DNA of 64,000 nt from a virus (taxonomy: Duplodnaviria > Caudoviricetes): positions 96,001 through 160,000 of IMG/VR virus record IMGVR_UViG_3300027804_002812; one strand, written 5' to 3'. The notes below the pieces were generated by a model that saw nothing but the letters and a program-made list of their open reading frames with translations, searched no databases and was not told the DNA's origin. Position 1 is the first letter of the stretch. Each line of letters begins with the position of its first letter. A program made the position numbers and the translations under genes. Positions 56,756-64,000 of the stretch are shown here, piece by piece.

Positions 56756-56790
56756 AATTTTAGTTACGACGTGGAGGTTGTAAAGTTTTT

Positions 56791-57309
56791 TCAAACTGCG
56801 AATCTGTCGTAAGAAACTCGTAATTTAGGGTTTCTCAAAAGTGTTTTAATTCGTTCAATGTTAGATGCTAAGTCTCCCTCAATCCATTTCAGGACTAAAG
56901 TATTTGGATTACCTTCAAAAGGTACAAATCCATTATCCTCTGCAATTTTTTTCATTTCAGGGGTTTTATATGTAAAATACACGCCTCCATTATTCCGAAT
57001 CGACAAATTATATGTCTCAATCGCAACTTTTTTTGCCGTATCATAAAATTTATCCGTATAATCAATGTGACTATACGGTCTACCGTTAAATGTTCCAAAG
57101 TTATCTCTCGAAGGTTTTTTGAATGACACCAATGAGCTTTTAACCTTTCCGAAAGATTCTTCGTTTTCTAAAGATTTAGGTTCATCTTCTTTCTTTGGTT
57201 CAACTTTTTTTGTAGGGTCGAATTCGATGTTCAAATCACTTTGTTCCTTAATAACCCGTTTTACCAATCTAACCAAATCGGATTCGGTTAATCTTATTGT
57301 TTTTTTCAT
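56791..57309 (-). CDS. hypothetical protein with LTESDL leader
   Basis: MKKTIRLTESDLVRLVKRVIKEQ. Confidence 0.8.
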   Translation of the reverse strand: MKKTIRLTESDLVRLVKRVIKEQSDLNIEFDPTKKVEPKKEDEPKSLENEESFGKVKSSLVSFKKPSRDNFGTFNGRPYSHIDYTDKFYDTAKKVAIETYNLSIRNNGGVYFTYKTPEMKKIAEDNGFVPFEGNPNTLVLKWIEGDLASNIERIKTLLRNPKLRVSYDRFAV

Positions 57310-57314
57310 TTTAT

Positions 57315-57602
57315 TTATAACTTATGGTTTACAGTACAAAAAACTTTTTTAGTTGCACCTCTCAATAATCCATCAATCTTAAGGAGAGGAGTTTTTATTT
57401 GATTATGTACTTCTTGATATTCTTCAACTTCGGAATCTTTTGGAACGAGTTTTCCGGCCTTACAAACATCATTGTAATATTTTTCTTTAAGTTTTCTATC
57501 CAATTTTAAGAATCTTACTTTGGAGTCGGTTCCTGTTTCGGCGATTACTTTTTTAACCAATCTTGTTAAATCAGATTCGGTTAATCTTATAATTTTTTTC
57601 AT
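57315..57602 (-). CDS. hypothetical protein with LTESDL leader
   Basis: MKKIIRLTESDLTRLVKKVIAE, plus IDGLLRGAT, which resembles a PG-binding-1 'DG..G..T' remnant. Confidence 0.8.
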   Translation of the reverse strand: MKKIIRLTESDLTRLVKKVIAETGTDSKVRFLKLDRKLKEKYYNDVCKAGKLVPKDSEVEEYQEVHNQIKTPLLKIDGLLRGATKKVFCTVNHKL

Positions 57603-57606
57603 ATGT

Positions 57607-57614
57607 TATAAATA
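57607..57614 (-). promoter_or_regulatory. TATTTATA motif
   Basis: 4 nt upstream of ATG 57602, just after a terminator. Confidence 0.55.
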
Positions 57615-57624
57615 TCCACAGAAT

Positions 57625-57663
57625 AAAAAAAAATCCCCACCTTTTGAGTGGGGATTTTTTTTT
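57625..57663. terminator. bidirectional-type intrinsic terminator
   Basis: AAAAAATCCCCAC-cttttga-GTGGGGATTTTTT. Confidence 0.85.
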
Positions 57664-58033
57664 ACTTTAGTTTTTTGAGTTGGTCTCGAATCTCGATTGA
57701 TTTTTCAAAATTTTGTTCTTCGATTGACTTTTTAAGTTCCTCTTCAAGTTTATCGATTTCCTTTTGGTTTGATTCCAACTTTTTAATTTGGTCTCTCAAT
57801 TCAACCGCTTTTTCAAAATCCTCATTTTCAATTGCGATTTCAAGTTGTTGTTTCAGATTTTTTGAAGTTGGGTTTGTTTTAGTGTTGTCGTAGTAATACG
57901 TAGTTATTTTCATTGTTCCATCTTCTGAAACTTTAGTTTGAGTTTTCCACTCACCGTTAGATGGGGTTAATTGATTGAACATTTCGTCGAATGTTCTAAA
58001 GATGTCGTTATAAGATCTTCTGTTACCAAACAT
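57662..58033 (-). CDS. tandem UVR (UvrB/UvrC motif) protein, McsA-like adaptor candidate
   Basis: LKQQLEIAIENEDFEKAVELRDQIKKLE and LEEELKKSIEEQNFEKSIEIRDQLKKLK. Confidence 0.85.
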   Translation of the reverse strand: MFGNRRSYNDIFRTFDEMFNQLTPSNGEWKTQTKVSEDGTMKITTYYYDNTKTNPTSKNLKQQLEIAIENEDFEKAVELRDQIKKLESNQKEIDKLEEELKKSIEEQNFEKSIEIRDQLKKLK

Positions 58034-58101
58034 AATTTTAGTTTTTTGTTTTAAGTTTATTTGTTATCTTTGTTCCAAGATTTATGCCGGTAGTGGTTCT
58101 A

Positions 58102-58114
58102 TGACAATATGTCA
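58102..58114. promoter_or_regulatory. palindromic operator TGACA-ATA-TGTCA
   Basis: Perfect 5-3-5 inverted repeat in the UVR/clpC divergent intergenic region. Confidence 0.6.
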
Positions 58115-58144
58115 GAAAAAGATATAATAAAAATAAATATTTCC

Positions 58145-58157
58145 TGACAATTTGTCA
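58145..58157. promoter_or_regulatory. palindromic operator TGACA-ATT-TGTCA
   Basis: Second copy, 43 bp from the first. Confidence 0.6.
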
Positions 58158-58212
58158 AATCATTTGGATAAGAATAAAAATTGTTATTACTTTGTAAAAA
58201 TTAAAAAACATT

Positions 58213-60225
58213 ATGAACGACTTAATGGACGACGAAGACAAAATGATGAGTAAAAAACAGAAGTCAGGAGATACCTCGACACCTGTTCTAGACAATTTCA
58301 GTAGAGATTTGAATAAACTTGCAGAGGCGGGTAAGTTGGACCCTGTCATCGGAAGAGACCGAGAGATTCTACGAATCGCACAAATTCTTTCCCGAAGAAA
58401 GAAAAATAATCCAATTATTCTTGGTGAACCTGGTTGTGGTAAAACTGCAATTGTTGAAGGTTTGGCGATGAAAATTGTCAATGGTGATTGTCCTCGTAAT
58501 CTTTTGGATAAAAGATTGGTTAACCTTGACCTAACTTCAGTTGTTGCTGGTACAAAGTATCGTGGACAATTTGAAGAAAGAATGAAGGTTATCATCGAAG
58601 AACTTCAGGCTAATCCTAACATCATCGTATTCATTGATGAAATTCATACTTTGGTTGGCTCAGGTAATTCTTCAGGTTCGATGGATGGTTCCAACATTTT
58701 CAAACCAGCACTATCTCGTGGTGAACTACAAGTAATCGGTGCAACCACTTTGGATGAGTTCAGAAAGAACATCGAAAAAGATGGGGCATTGGAACGTAGA
58801 TTCCAAAAAGTTATTGTTGACCCATCTACAGTGACTGAGACAATCCAAATTTTGAAGAATGTTCGGGACAAATACGAAACATATCACAAAGTGACTTATT
58901 CCGATGAAGTCATTGAAACTTGTGTTAAGTTGGCGGATAGATATATCACCGACCGTGAATTCCCTGACAAAGCATTCGACATCTTGGATGAAGTTGGTGC
59001 TAGAATGCAGACCGAACTTAAGGTTCCTGAGGCTATCGAAGAGTTGAAGCGTAAAGCTGCAGAACTTAAACAACAGAAGTTGGATGTAGTTAAAAAACAG
59101 AATTACGAACAAGCCGCACAACTCAGAGACAAAGAGAAAAAGTTGTTGGACAAATTGGACCAAGAAAAACAAAAATTCGAGGAACAAATGTCCAAAGACA
59201 AACAAAAGGTCGGAATGGATGATGTTTATGATGTTGTTTCAAACATGACTAAAATCCCTGTTAACAAAATGTCTACGGATGATACCAAAGCGTTGTTGAA
59301 CTTGGACAAACACATTGTTGGAACTGTCATTGGTCAGGATGCCGCGGTTATCAAGGTTGCAAAATCTATCAAGAGAAACCGACTAGGTATCAAAGATCCA
59401 AATCGTCCGATTGGTTCATTCGTTTTCTTGGGTTCAACAGGTGTTGGTAAAACTCACTTAGCAAAACAACTTGCAAAGGAAATGTTTGGAAGTGAGGACG
59501 CGCTAATCCGTGTGGATATGTCTGAGTACCAAGAGAAACATACCGTATCCAAATTGGTTGGAGCACCTCCAGGCTATGTTGGATACGAAGAAGGTGGATT
59601 GTTGACTGAGAAAGTTAAGAACAAGCCTTACTCTGTTATCTTGTTTGATGAGGTTGAGAAAGCTCACAAAGATGTATTCACCGTATTACTTCAAATCTTG
59701 GACGATGGTCACGTTACGGATAGTTTGGGTAGAAAGATTAACTTCAAGAATACCCTAATTATCTTAACATCAAATCTCGGAGTTAAAAAACTACAAGACT
59801 TCGGAACTGGTATTGGATTCTCATCAAGTACCTATGGTAACGAAGAGGCGAAGAAAGAAATCTTGATGAAAGAAATGAAGAATTTCTTTTCTCCTGAGTT
59901 TATCAACCGTATCGATGACACCATTGTTTTCAATTCTCTATCTCAAGAGGATATCAAGAAAATCACCGACATCGAACTTAAGAAGTTGATGAAGCGTCTT
60001 GACGAAATGAAGTATAAGATTACTTATGATGAATCACTTTTGAATTACCTCTCAAAAATCGGATATGATGAGGTATACGGTGCAAGACCACTCAAGAGAG
60101 CGATTCAGGATAAAGTTGAAGACTTATTATCTGAAGAAGTTCTGACCGACAAAATTATAGTAGGAAAAACCTACGTGATTAAAGTCGAAGATGAAGTAGT
60201 CAAAGTAGTCAAGAAAGGTCGGTAA
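58213..60225 (+). CDS. clpC: ClpC-type AAA+ ATPase lacking the N-terminal Clp-repeat domain
   Basis: [24 protein letters not shown]-type M domain, [30 protein letters not shown] ClpP-docking loop, YGARPL. Confidence 0.92.
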   Translation: MNDLMDDEDKMMSKKQKSGDTSTPVLDNFSRDLNKLAEAGKLDPVIGRDREILRIAQILSRRKKNNPIILGEPGCGKTAIVEGLAMKIVNGDCPRNLLDKRLVNLDLTSVVAGTKYRGQFEERMKVIIEELQANPNIIVFIDEIHTLVGSGNSSGSMDGSNIFKPALSRGELQVIGATTLDEFRKNIEKDGALERRFQKVIVDPSTVTETIQILKNVRDKYETYHKVTYSDEVIETCVKLADRYITDREFPDKAFDILDEVGARMQTELKVPEAIEELKRKAAELKQQKLDVVKKQNYEQAAQLRDKEKKLLDKLDQEKQKFEEQMSKDKQKVGMDDVYDVVSNMTKIPVNKMSTDDTKALLNLDKHIVGTVIGQDAAVIKVAKSIKRNRLGIKDPNRPIGSFVFLGSTGVGKTHLAKQLAKEMFGSEDALIRVDMSEYQEKHTVSKLVGAPPGYVGYEEGGLLTEKVKNKPYSVILFDEVEKAHKDVFTVLLQILDDGHVTDSLGRKINFKNTLIILTSNLGVKKLQDFGTGIGFSSSTYGNEEAKKEILMKEMKNFFSPEFINRIDDTIVFNSLSQEDIKKITDIELKKLMKRLDEMKYKITYDESLLNYLSKIGYDEVYGARPLKRAIQDKVEDLLSEEVLTDKIIVGKTYVIKVEDEVVKVVKKGR

Positions 60226-60228
60226 ATT

Positions 60229-60255
60229 AAAAAGGGGATAATTCCCCTTTTTTTT
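60229..60255 (+). terminator. intrinsic terminator after clpC
   Basis: AAAAGGGG-ataatt-CCCCTTTT plus a T tract. Confidence 0.8.
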
Positions 60256-60256
60256 A

Positions 60257-60264
60257 TATTTATA
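60257..60264 (+). promoter_or_regulatory. TATTTATA motif
   Basis: 3 nt upstream of ATG 60268, just after the clpC terminator. Confidence 0.55.
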
Positions 60265-60267
60265 GAC

Positions 60268-60876
60268 ATGAGTAATTTTTCCCGACTATTAGACAAATTC
60301 AAAAATTCATTCCCAAAAGACTTACAATCAAAAGTTGATGTAATTGAAAATTTTGTTGTGGGATATATTCAAGAAAATGACCTCAATGTAAAGTTCTTGA
60401 ATTCATGTTCCGCAGGGTTCAAAGGAGTTAGGACAAGAGACCAAATTATTATTTGTTCTCCAATCAGTATGGAAACCATAGGAGACTTTTTATATACCAT
60501 ATTTCACGAAATCAGGCATGAGCAACAGATTAGAGATTTGAAAATGTTAAATCCTTTAACGGATTTTGATTTAGAGGATTTCGAGGCTCTTTACGAACAA
60601 TACTGGAATATGGAGTTGGATGCCGATAAATTCGCAAAAGAAATGGTGGCAAAACTGGTAATCAAATTGGGGATTCCAATCGATATTGCAAAAAAATTAT
60701 TTTCGTTGTCACCATACGTTCAGCAATATCCAACCATGTCAAACATGGTTCGTGGAGGTATTCAACAAATTATTAATGACATTAAGAGAATAAAAAAATC
60801 GGGTGGAGAATATACTGATATTCAAGACCACCCGGTAGTACAAAGACACATCGATAAGTTAGAGGATTTTATTTAA
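60268..60876 (+). CDS. putative zincin metallopeptidase (HExxH)
   Basis: TIFHEIRHEQQ and downstream ELDADKFA (ImmA/IrrE-like pattern). Confidence 0.6.
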   Translation: MSNFSRLLDKFKNSFPKDLQSKVDVIENFVVGYIQENDLNVKFLNSCSAGFKGVRTRDQIIICSPISMETIGDFLYTIFHEIRHEQQIRDLKMLNPLTDFDLEDFEALYEQYWNMELDADKFAKEMVAKLVIKLGIPIDIAKKLFSLSPYVQQYPTMSNMVRGGIQQIINDIKRIKKSGGEYTDIQDHPVVQRHIDKLEDFI

Positions 60877-61508
60877 TCTATCAACTTCAATATTATCGTA
60901 TAAAAAGTTGATTTACCTTCCCACCCGTAAGAATCATAATCGACTGATTCAACTGAAAAATGTTGATTAGATAACACACGAATATCTTCTTCGGTTACAC
61001 CATCGCAGTTTTCAATTAATACAATTTTCCCATTTGGGTTTAGGTATCTATGTACAGATTCGAAAAACTTTTTATGAAATTGCATGTCATAGTCCAAAGA
61101 GATTAATTTTTCTTCACTACTTCTATAACCATTAGGTCTTTCAGTTTTGAAATGTGGGGGGTTTGATACGATAGTGTCAAACTTATTGGAGTCCTCCATT
61201 GAATCAAAACAATCGGACTGAATAAACTCAACTTTCAGATTATTAAATCGATTTGTTGTTTCTATACTATCTCGAACCTCGGGATTAATATCTGACAAAA
61301 CTAATCTATTTGCTTTATTATATTTCAATAAAGTGTAACCGATGAATCCAGGCCCTGAACATATTTCCAATACGTCCCCTTGGTCTTGAATTTTATTTAT
61401 AATATCGGATTTGGTAATGGCATTAAATCCAAAAGTAGTGCCACCTCCGTCAAACCTTTTTTCGTAGAATACTGAAAGATCGATGATATTGAATAATTCC
61501 ATAATCAA
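60873..61508 (-). CDS. class I SAM methyltransferase (HemK/MTS-like, NPPH)
   Basis: VLEICSGPGFIG, LSDINP, SDCF, DTIVSNPPHF. Confidence 0.8.
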   Translation of the reverse strand: MIMELFNIIDLSVFYEKRFDGGGTTFGFNAITKSDIINKIQDQGDVLEICSGPGFIGYTLLKYNKANRLVLSDINPEVRDSIETTNRFNNLKVEFIQSDCFDSMEDSNKFDTIVSNPPHFKTERPNGYRSSEEKLISLDYDMQFHKKFFESVHRYLNPNGKIVLIENCDGVTEEDIRVLSNQHFSVESVDYDSYGWEGKSTFYTIILKLID

Positions 61509-62338
61509 AAGGGATGAAATTGTCCTCTTGGCACCGACTTTTTGAAATGTAATTTATACCCTAACTCGTCAATCATTTTTCTTCCCATTTCTATCCCATT
61601 GAATACGTCCTCAATAACGACATATTCTTCTGGCGTATGATAATCATAATATCCAATAGAAAAATTAATACAAGAAAAATCAAATTTACTTCTCAAGGCA
61701 TAAACGTCTGTATATGGGTGAACCATATATTGCATTTGTTCATTAATCATTCCTTCAGTCAAAACCTTATCAATTTTTTCGAAGAACTCGGTACCTCTGT
61801 CAAATAACATCTGTCCAAAACATTTTTCAGTAATCATCCAATTTTCGGGGGCATCGAACTGAATACCATATCCAACATTTTCAAAAAATTTGGAATCGGC
61901 AGCTTTTGAGCCATGACATCCAGTTTCTTCTGAAACGAAGAATGCCGCTTTAAGGTATGGTAATTCTTTAAGTAAAGTTAAACAGGCAAACACACCACAT
62001 TTGTCGTCTCCTCCAATGCCTGTCGGTCTCTCGTTATCATTAAATGCTTTCAATGCTGGCTTCAATTCACCTTGGGCATTTTTCAACATCATTTCTTTTA
62101 CGTTGATTGTATCGATATGGTGAACTGTATCTGTATGTGATATTACACAAGGAAAATAAAAATCTTCAGGAAGGTCTGTTGTTCCTTGTTTGGTTGCATA
62201 GATATTCATTGTGTCATCGACATAATGTTCTATATTGTTTTCGGTTAACCAATTAACCAAAAATTCAACCATACGATGTTCTTGGTAAGTTTTTGTGGGT
62301 ACGCTCAGAACTTCTTTGAGCAAAGTTATATCTTTCAT
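61505..62338 (-). CDS. M28/M20/M42-type Zn peptidase
   Basis: SHTDTV, GGDDKCG, SEETGCHGS, QFDA, YHTPEE metal-ligand motifs. Confidence 0.8.
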   Translation of the reverse strand: MKDITLLKEVLSVPTKTYQEHRMVEFLVNWLTENNIEHYVDDTMNIYATKQGTTDLPEDFYFPCVISHTDTVHHIDTINVKEMMLKNAQGELKPALKAFNDNERPTGIGGDDKCGVFACLTLLKELPYLKAAFFVSEETGCHGSKAADSKFFENVGYGIQFDAPENWMITEKCFGQMLFDRGTEFFEKIDKVLTEGMINEQMQYMVHPYTDVYALRSKFDFSCINFSIGYYDYHTPEEYVVIEDVFNGIEMGRKMIDELGYKLHFKKSVPRGQFHPF

Positions 62339-62358
62339 TCTATAAAGATATAAATAAA

Positions 62359-63402
62359 TTAGATTTCATCCAAACTAAATAATGAAGGTTGGTATAATAA
62401 ATTGTAAAAATTTTGTTCACTTAAAGATACTGTCTTTTGTTTTAATCCTTTCGACAATGTCACTATTATTTTCATTTCAGGAAACTTAAATCCTTCAATT
62501 TTGAACCTTATTTCTTTTTTGGGGTCTTTTGGTAAAAAGTAATATTCTTCTTGTCTAAATTTTTTCAAAATTCTCGAAGTCATATCAGTGAAATCTTTGA
62601 AACTAACTCCCTCTTCTTCTCCCTCTTCTTGAATCGTATCCAAAATTTCAGTAAAAATTGTGTTTGCGACTCTGTTGAAGCCTAAAGAGTCAAACTCATT
62701 GGGGTCTTCATAAGCATAATAATCTTCTTCCCAACCGCCTGGTGCTTCTTTTCTACTAAAAATCCTTTCTAATAATTCTTTCAAAGAAATATGGAGTTCA
62801 CCTTCTTCAATATACAACGCTATCAAGTCTGCTACCGTAATTCTGAAACCTTCACTATATGCGTCAATACCCAACTCAGCAAAATACTCATCCATTTCTT
62901 TATTTATCTCTCTTGCAAGTGATGTCTTGAATGCATGATTTTTTTCGTCTACGTAATCTTCAATAACGTATTTTATTTTTTTTCCGAAATTTTCCATTAA
63001 TTTTTCAGATAACTCCTTTCTGTATTCGTCATCTTCAAAGTTGACTTTCATAGGAAGTATGGCGTTGGAAATTTCAGACAATAGCTCCTTATTTTCTTCG
63101 TCCAAAGTGTAGTAAAACCCATACCCCACCATAAAATCTTCTACTGCGGAATAGTGATCCAAAAATTCATACTCAGAATAAGGTGCATTCACCATTTGAT
63201 AAAACCAAACATCATCATCCCGCATTCCCAACATTTCTAAAAAATCTTGTTGATTGCGAAATTCAACATCAATAACACTCTGACCAGGCGTACTTCTGTC
63301 TTCTCTCATGTACGAGAATAGCTTATCAGAGGCTAAAAGTTCATCTTTGGTTATTTTGTGTTTAGCGTAATTTCTTAATGACCTGAAAGTTTCATAATTC
63401 AT
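62359..63402 (-). CDS. hypothetical acidic phage protein
   Basis: 347-aa ORF from ATG 63402 (MNYETF), with TATTTAT 7 nt upstream. Confidence 0.75.
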   Translation of the reverse strand: MNYETFRSLRNYAKHKITKDELLASDKLFSYMREDRSTPGQSVIDVEFRNQQDFLEMLGMRDDDVWFYQMVNAPYSEYEFLDHYSAVEDFMVGYGFYYTLDEENKELLSEISNAILPMKVNFEDDEYRKELSEKLMENFGKKIKYVIEDYVDEKNHAFKTSLAREINKEMDEYFAELGIDAYSEGFRITVADLIALYIEEGELHISLKELLERIFSRKEAPGGWEEDYYAYEDPNEFDSLGFNRVANTIFTEILDTIQEEGEEEGVSFKDFTDMTSRILKKFRQEEYYFLPKDPKKEIRFKIEGFKFPEMKIIVTLSKGLKQKTVSLSEQNFYNLLYQPSLFSLDEI

Positions 63403-63438
63403 ACTACAAATAAATATCAATTTAGTTGGATTCGGAAA

Positions 63439-63446
63439 TATTTATA
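63439..63446 (+). promoter_or_regulatory. TATTTATA motif
   Basis: Upstream of the tmRNA, a non-coding gene. Confidence 0.55.
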
Positions 63447-63448
63447 CT

Positions 63449-63456
63449 TACATTTG
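63449..63456 (+). promoter_or_regulatory. Bacteroidota-type -7 element (TACATTTG) for tmRNA
   Basis: TAnnTTTG 9 nt before the mature 5' end, with a TTG element ~19 nt upstream. Confidence 0.55.
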
Positions 63457-63465
63457 TACAACAAT

Positions 63466-63882
63466 GGGGGTGAAATAGAATTGATTAACGTTTGTATAAT
63501 CAATGGGCACGTAGTCAGAATTCATCTATGACTTGAATCTACGGTGAAGAAAGTAAACGGCAATACTCTTGCTAAGATGTCTGCTTTAGGTTTAACTAGA
63601 GAAGCATCTGTTGTAACTGCTTAAGAAGTAGATACAACGTCAGGTCGAATGGGCATATAACCTAGGAACAGAAGCCCTCCAAGGTGTGATACCACCCGAA
63701 GCGTATCAAAAGGTCACGTTCAGAGGACTACCTTAGTAAAAGTGAACTCGACACAGTTGTTGGTAACGATGTCAAAATAGGAACCATCTATTTCGGAAGG
63801 TATCACAAACCTTGGCCTAAACGTGTAGTCCATTTTTGATATGGCGGGTAAGACTGGGAGGCGGTATCCCACACCTCCACCA
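63466..63882 (+). ncRNA. ssrA: tmRNA (one-piece), tag GNTLAKMSALGLTREASVVTA*
   Basis: Acceptor stem GGGGGTG/CACCTCC with G3:U70, discriminator A and encoded CCA. T-stem TGGGA/TCCCA, helix CACGT/ACGTG, and an internal ORF at 63559-63624 ending in Ala-stop. Confidence 0.9.
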
Positions 63883-63884
63883 TT

Positions 63885-63920
63885 AAATAAAAAAGGGAGT
63901 CATTGACTCCCTTTTTTTTT
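63885..63920. terminator. bidirectional intrinsic terminator after tmRNA
   Basis: AAAAGGGAGTCA-t-TGACTCCCTTTT. Confidence 0.85.
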
Positions 63921-64000
63921 AGTTTCCTTTTGACGGAAATCTTGTCCATCCATTGACCCATATAGGTTTGTCTAATTCCGGTATTACCACGTCAACTTCT
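63919..64000 (-). CDS. 3' end of a gene entering from the right edge (partial)
   Basis: Reads ...EVDVVIPELDKPIWVNGWTRFPSKGN* and converges on the tmRNA terminator. Confidence 0.55.
   Translation of the reverse strand, partial: EVDVVIPELDKPIWVNGWTRFPSKGN

Noticed and set aside
58155-59205. Minus-strand ORFs opposite clpC (58155-58595, 58644-58871, 58726-59205)
   Set aside because: Typical antisense shadows of a conserved Clp ATPase
63850-63882. Stand-alone tRNA or attachment site at the CCA-ending hairpin
   Set aside because: It pairs with GGGGGTG 400 nt upstream and encloses a tag ORF, so it is the tmRNA 3' end. No integrase or duplicated att copy is in the window.
1-64000. Stop-codon reassignment as seen in some large Bacteroidota phages
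   Set aside because: Code 11 gives full-length, tightly packed genes, and TAG and TGA both serve as stops (for example the KTSC gene and ATGA overlaps)

Overview
A 64-kb, AT-rich, gene-dense segment of a large T4-like (myovirus-type) bacteriophage read in standard code 11. The host is probably a Bacteroidota bacterium, judged from the bS21 type, TAnnTTTG promoters, a Q-rule signal peptide, a DUF4494-like gene and the lack of obvious Shine-Dalgarno motifs. From left to right: (i) 1-6.4 kb, minus-strand Thr/Pro-repeat (mucin-like) proteins and a Gly-Thr/Ser-Ser collagen-like fibre with a C1q/BclA-like head. (ii) 6.4-30.7 kb, a plus-strand block with a stand-alone WYL protein and a ~21-kb cluster of ~10 soluble glycosyltransferases plus sugar-nucleotide and tailoring enzymes, interspersed with dUTPase, a 3'-5' exonuclease, NadE, PhoH and a degenerate HAD protein. 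(iii) 30.7-38 kb, a gp55-like sigma factor and baseplate/spike-type genes. (iv) 39.5-55 kb, the minus-strand head module (terminase, portal, protease, scaffold, major capsid protein) with an antisense ribosomal protein bS21 gene and an OmpA-domain gene after the capsid gene. (v) 55-64 kb, a nucleotidyltransferase and KTSC pair, then a proteolysis/translation-rescue island: a tandem-UVR protein divergent from an N-domain-less ClpC, a HExxH protease, an NPPH methyltransferase, an M28-like peptidase and a tmRNA with an atypical T-loop and a long tag. A TATTTATA motif, the reverse complement of the T4 late promoter, precedes most operon starts. Several unrelated proteins share a candidate capsid-targeting leader. 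The best candidates for undescribed systems are phage-encoded glycosylation of mucin/collagen-like virion proteins, the ClpC-UVR-tmRNA proteostasis module, and the leader-defined set of packaged proteins. All family calls come from motif recognition by eye, not database searches.
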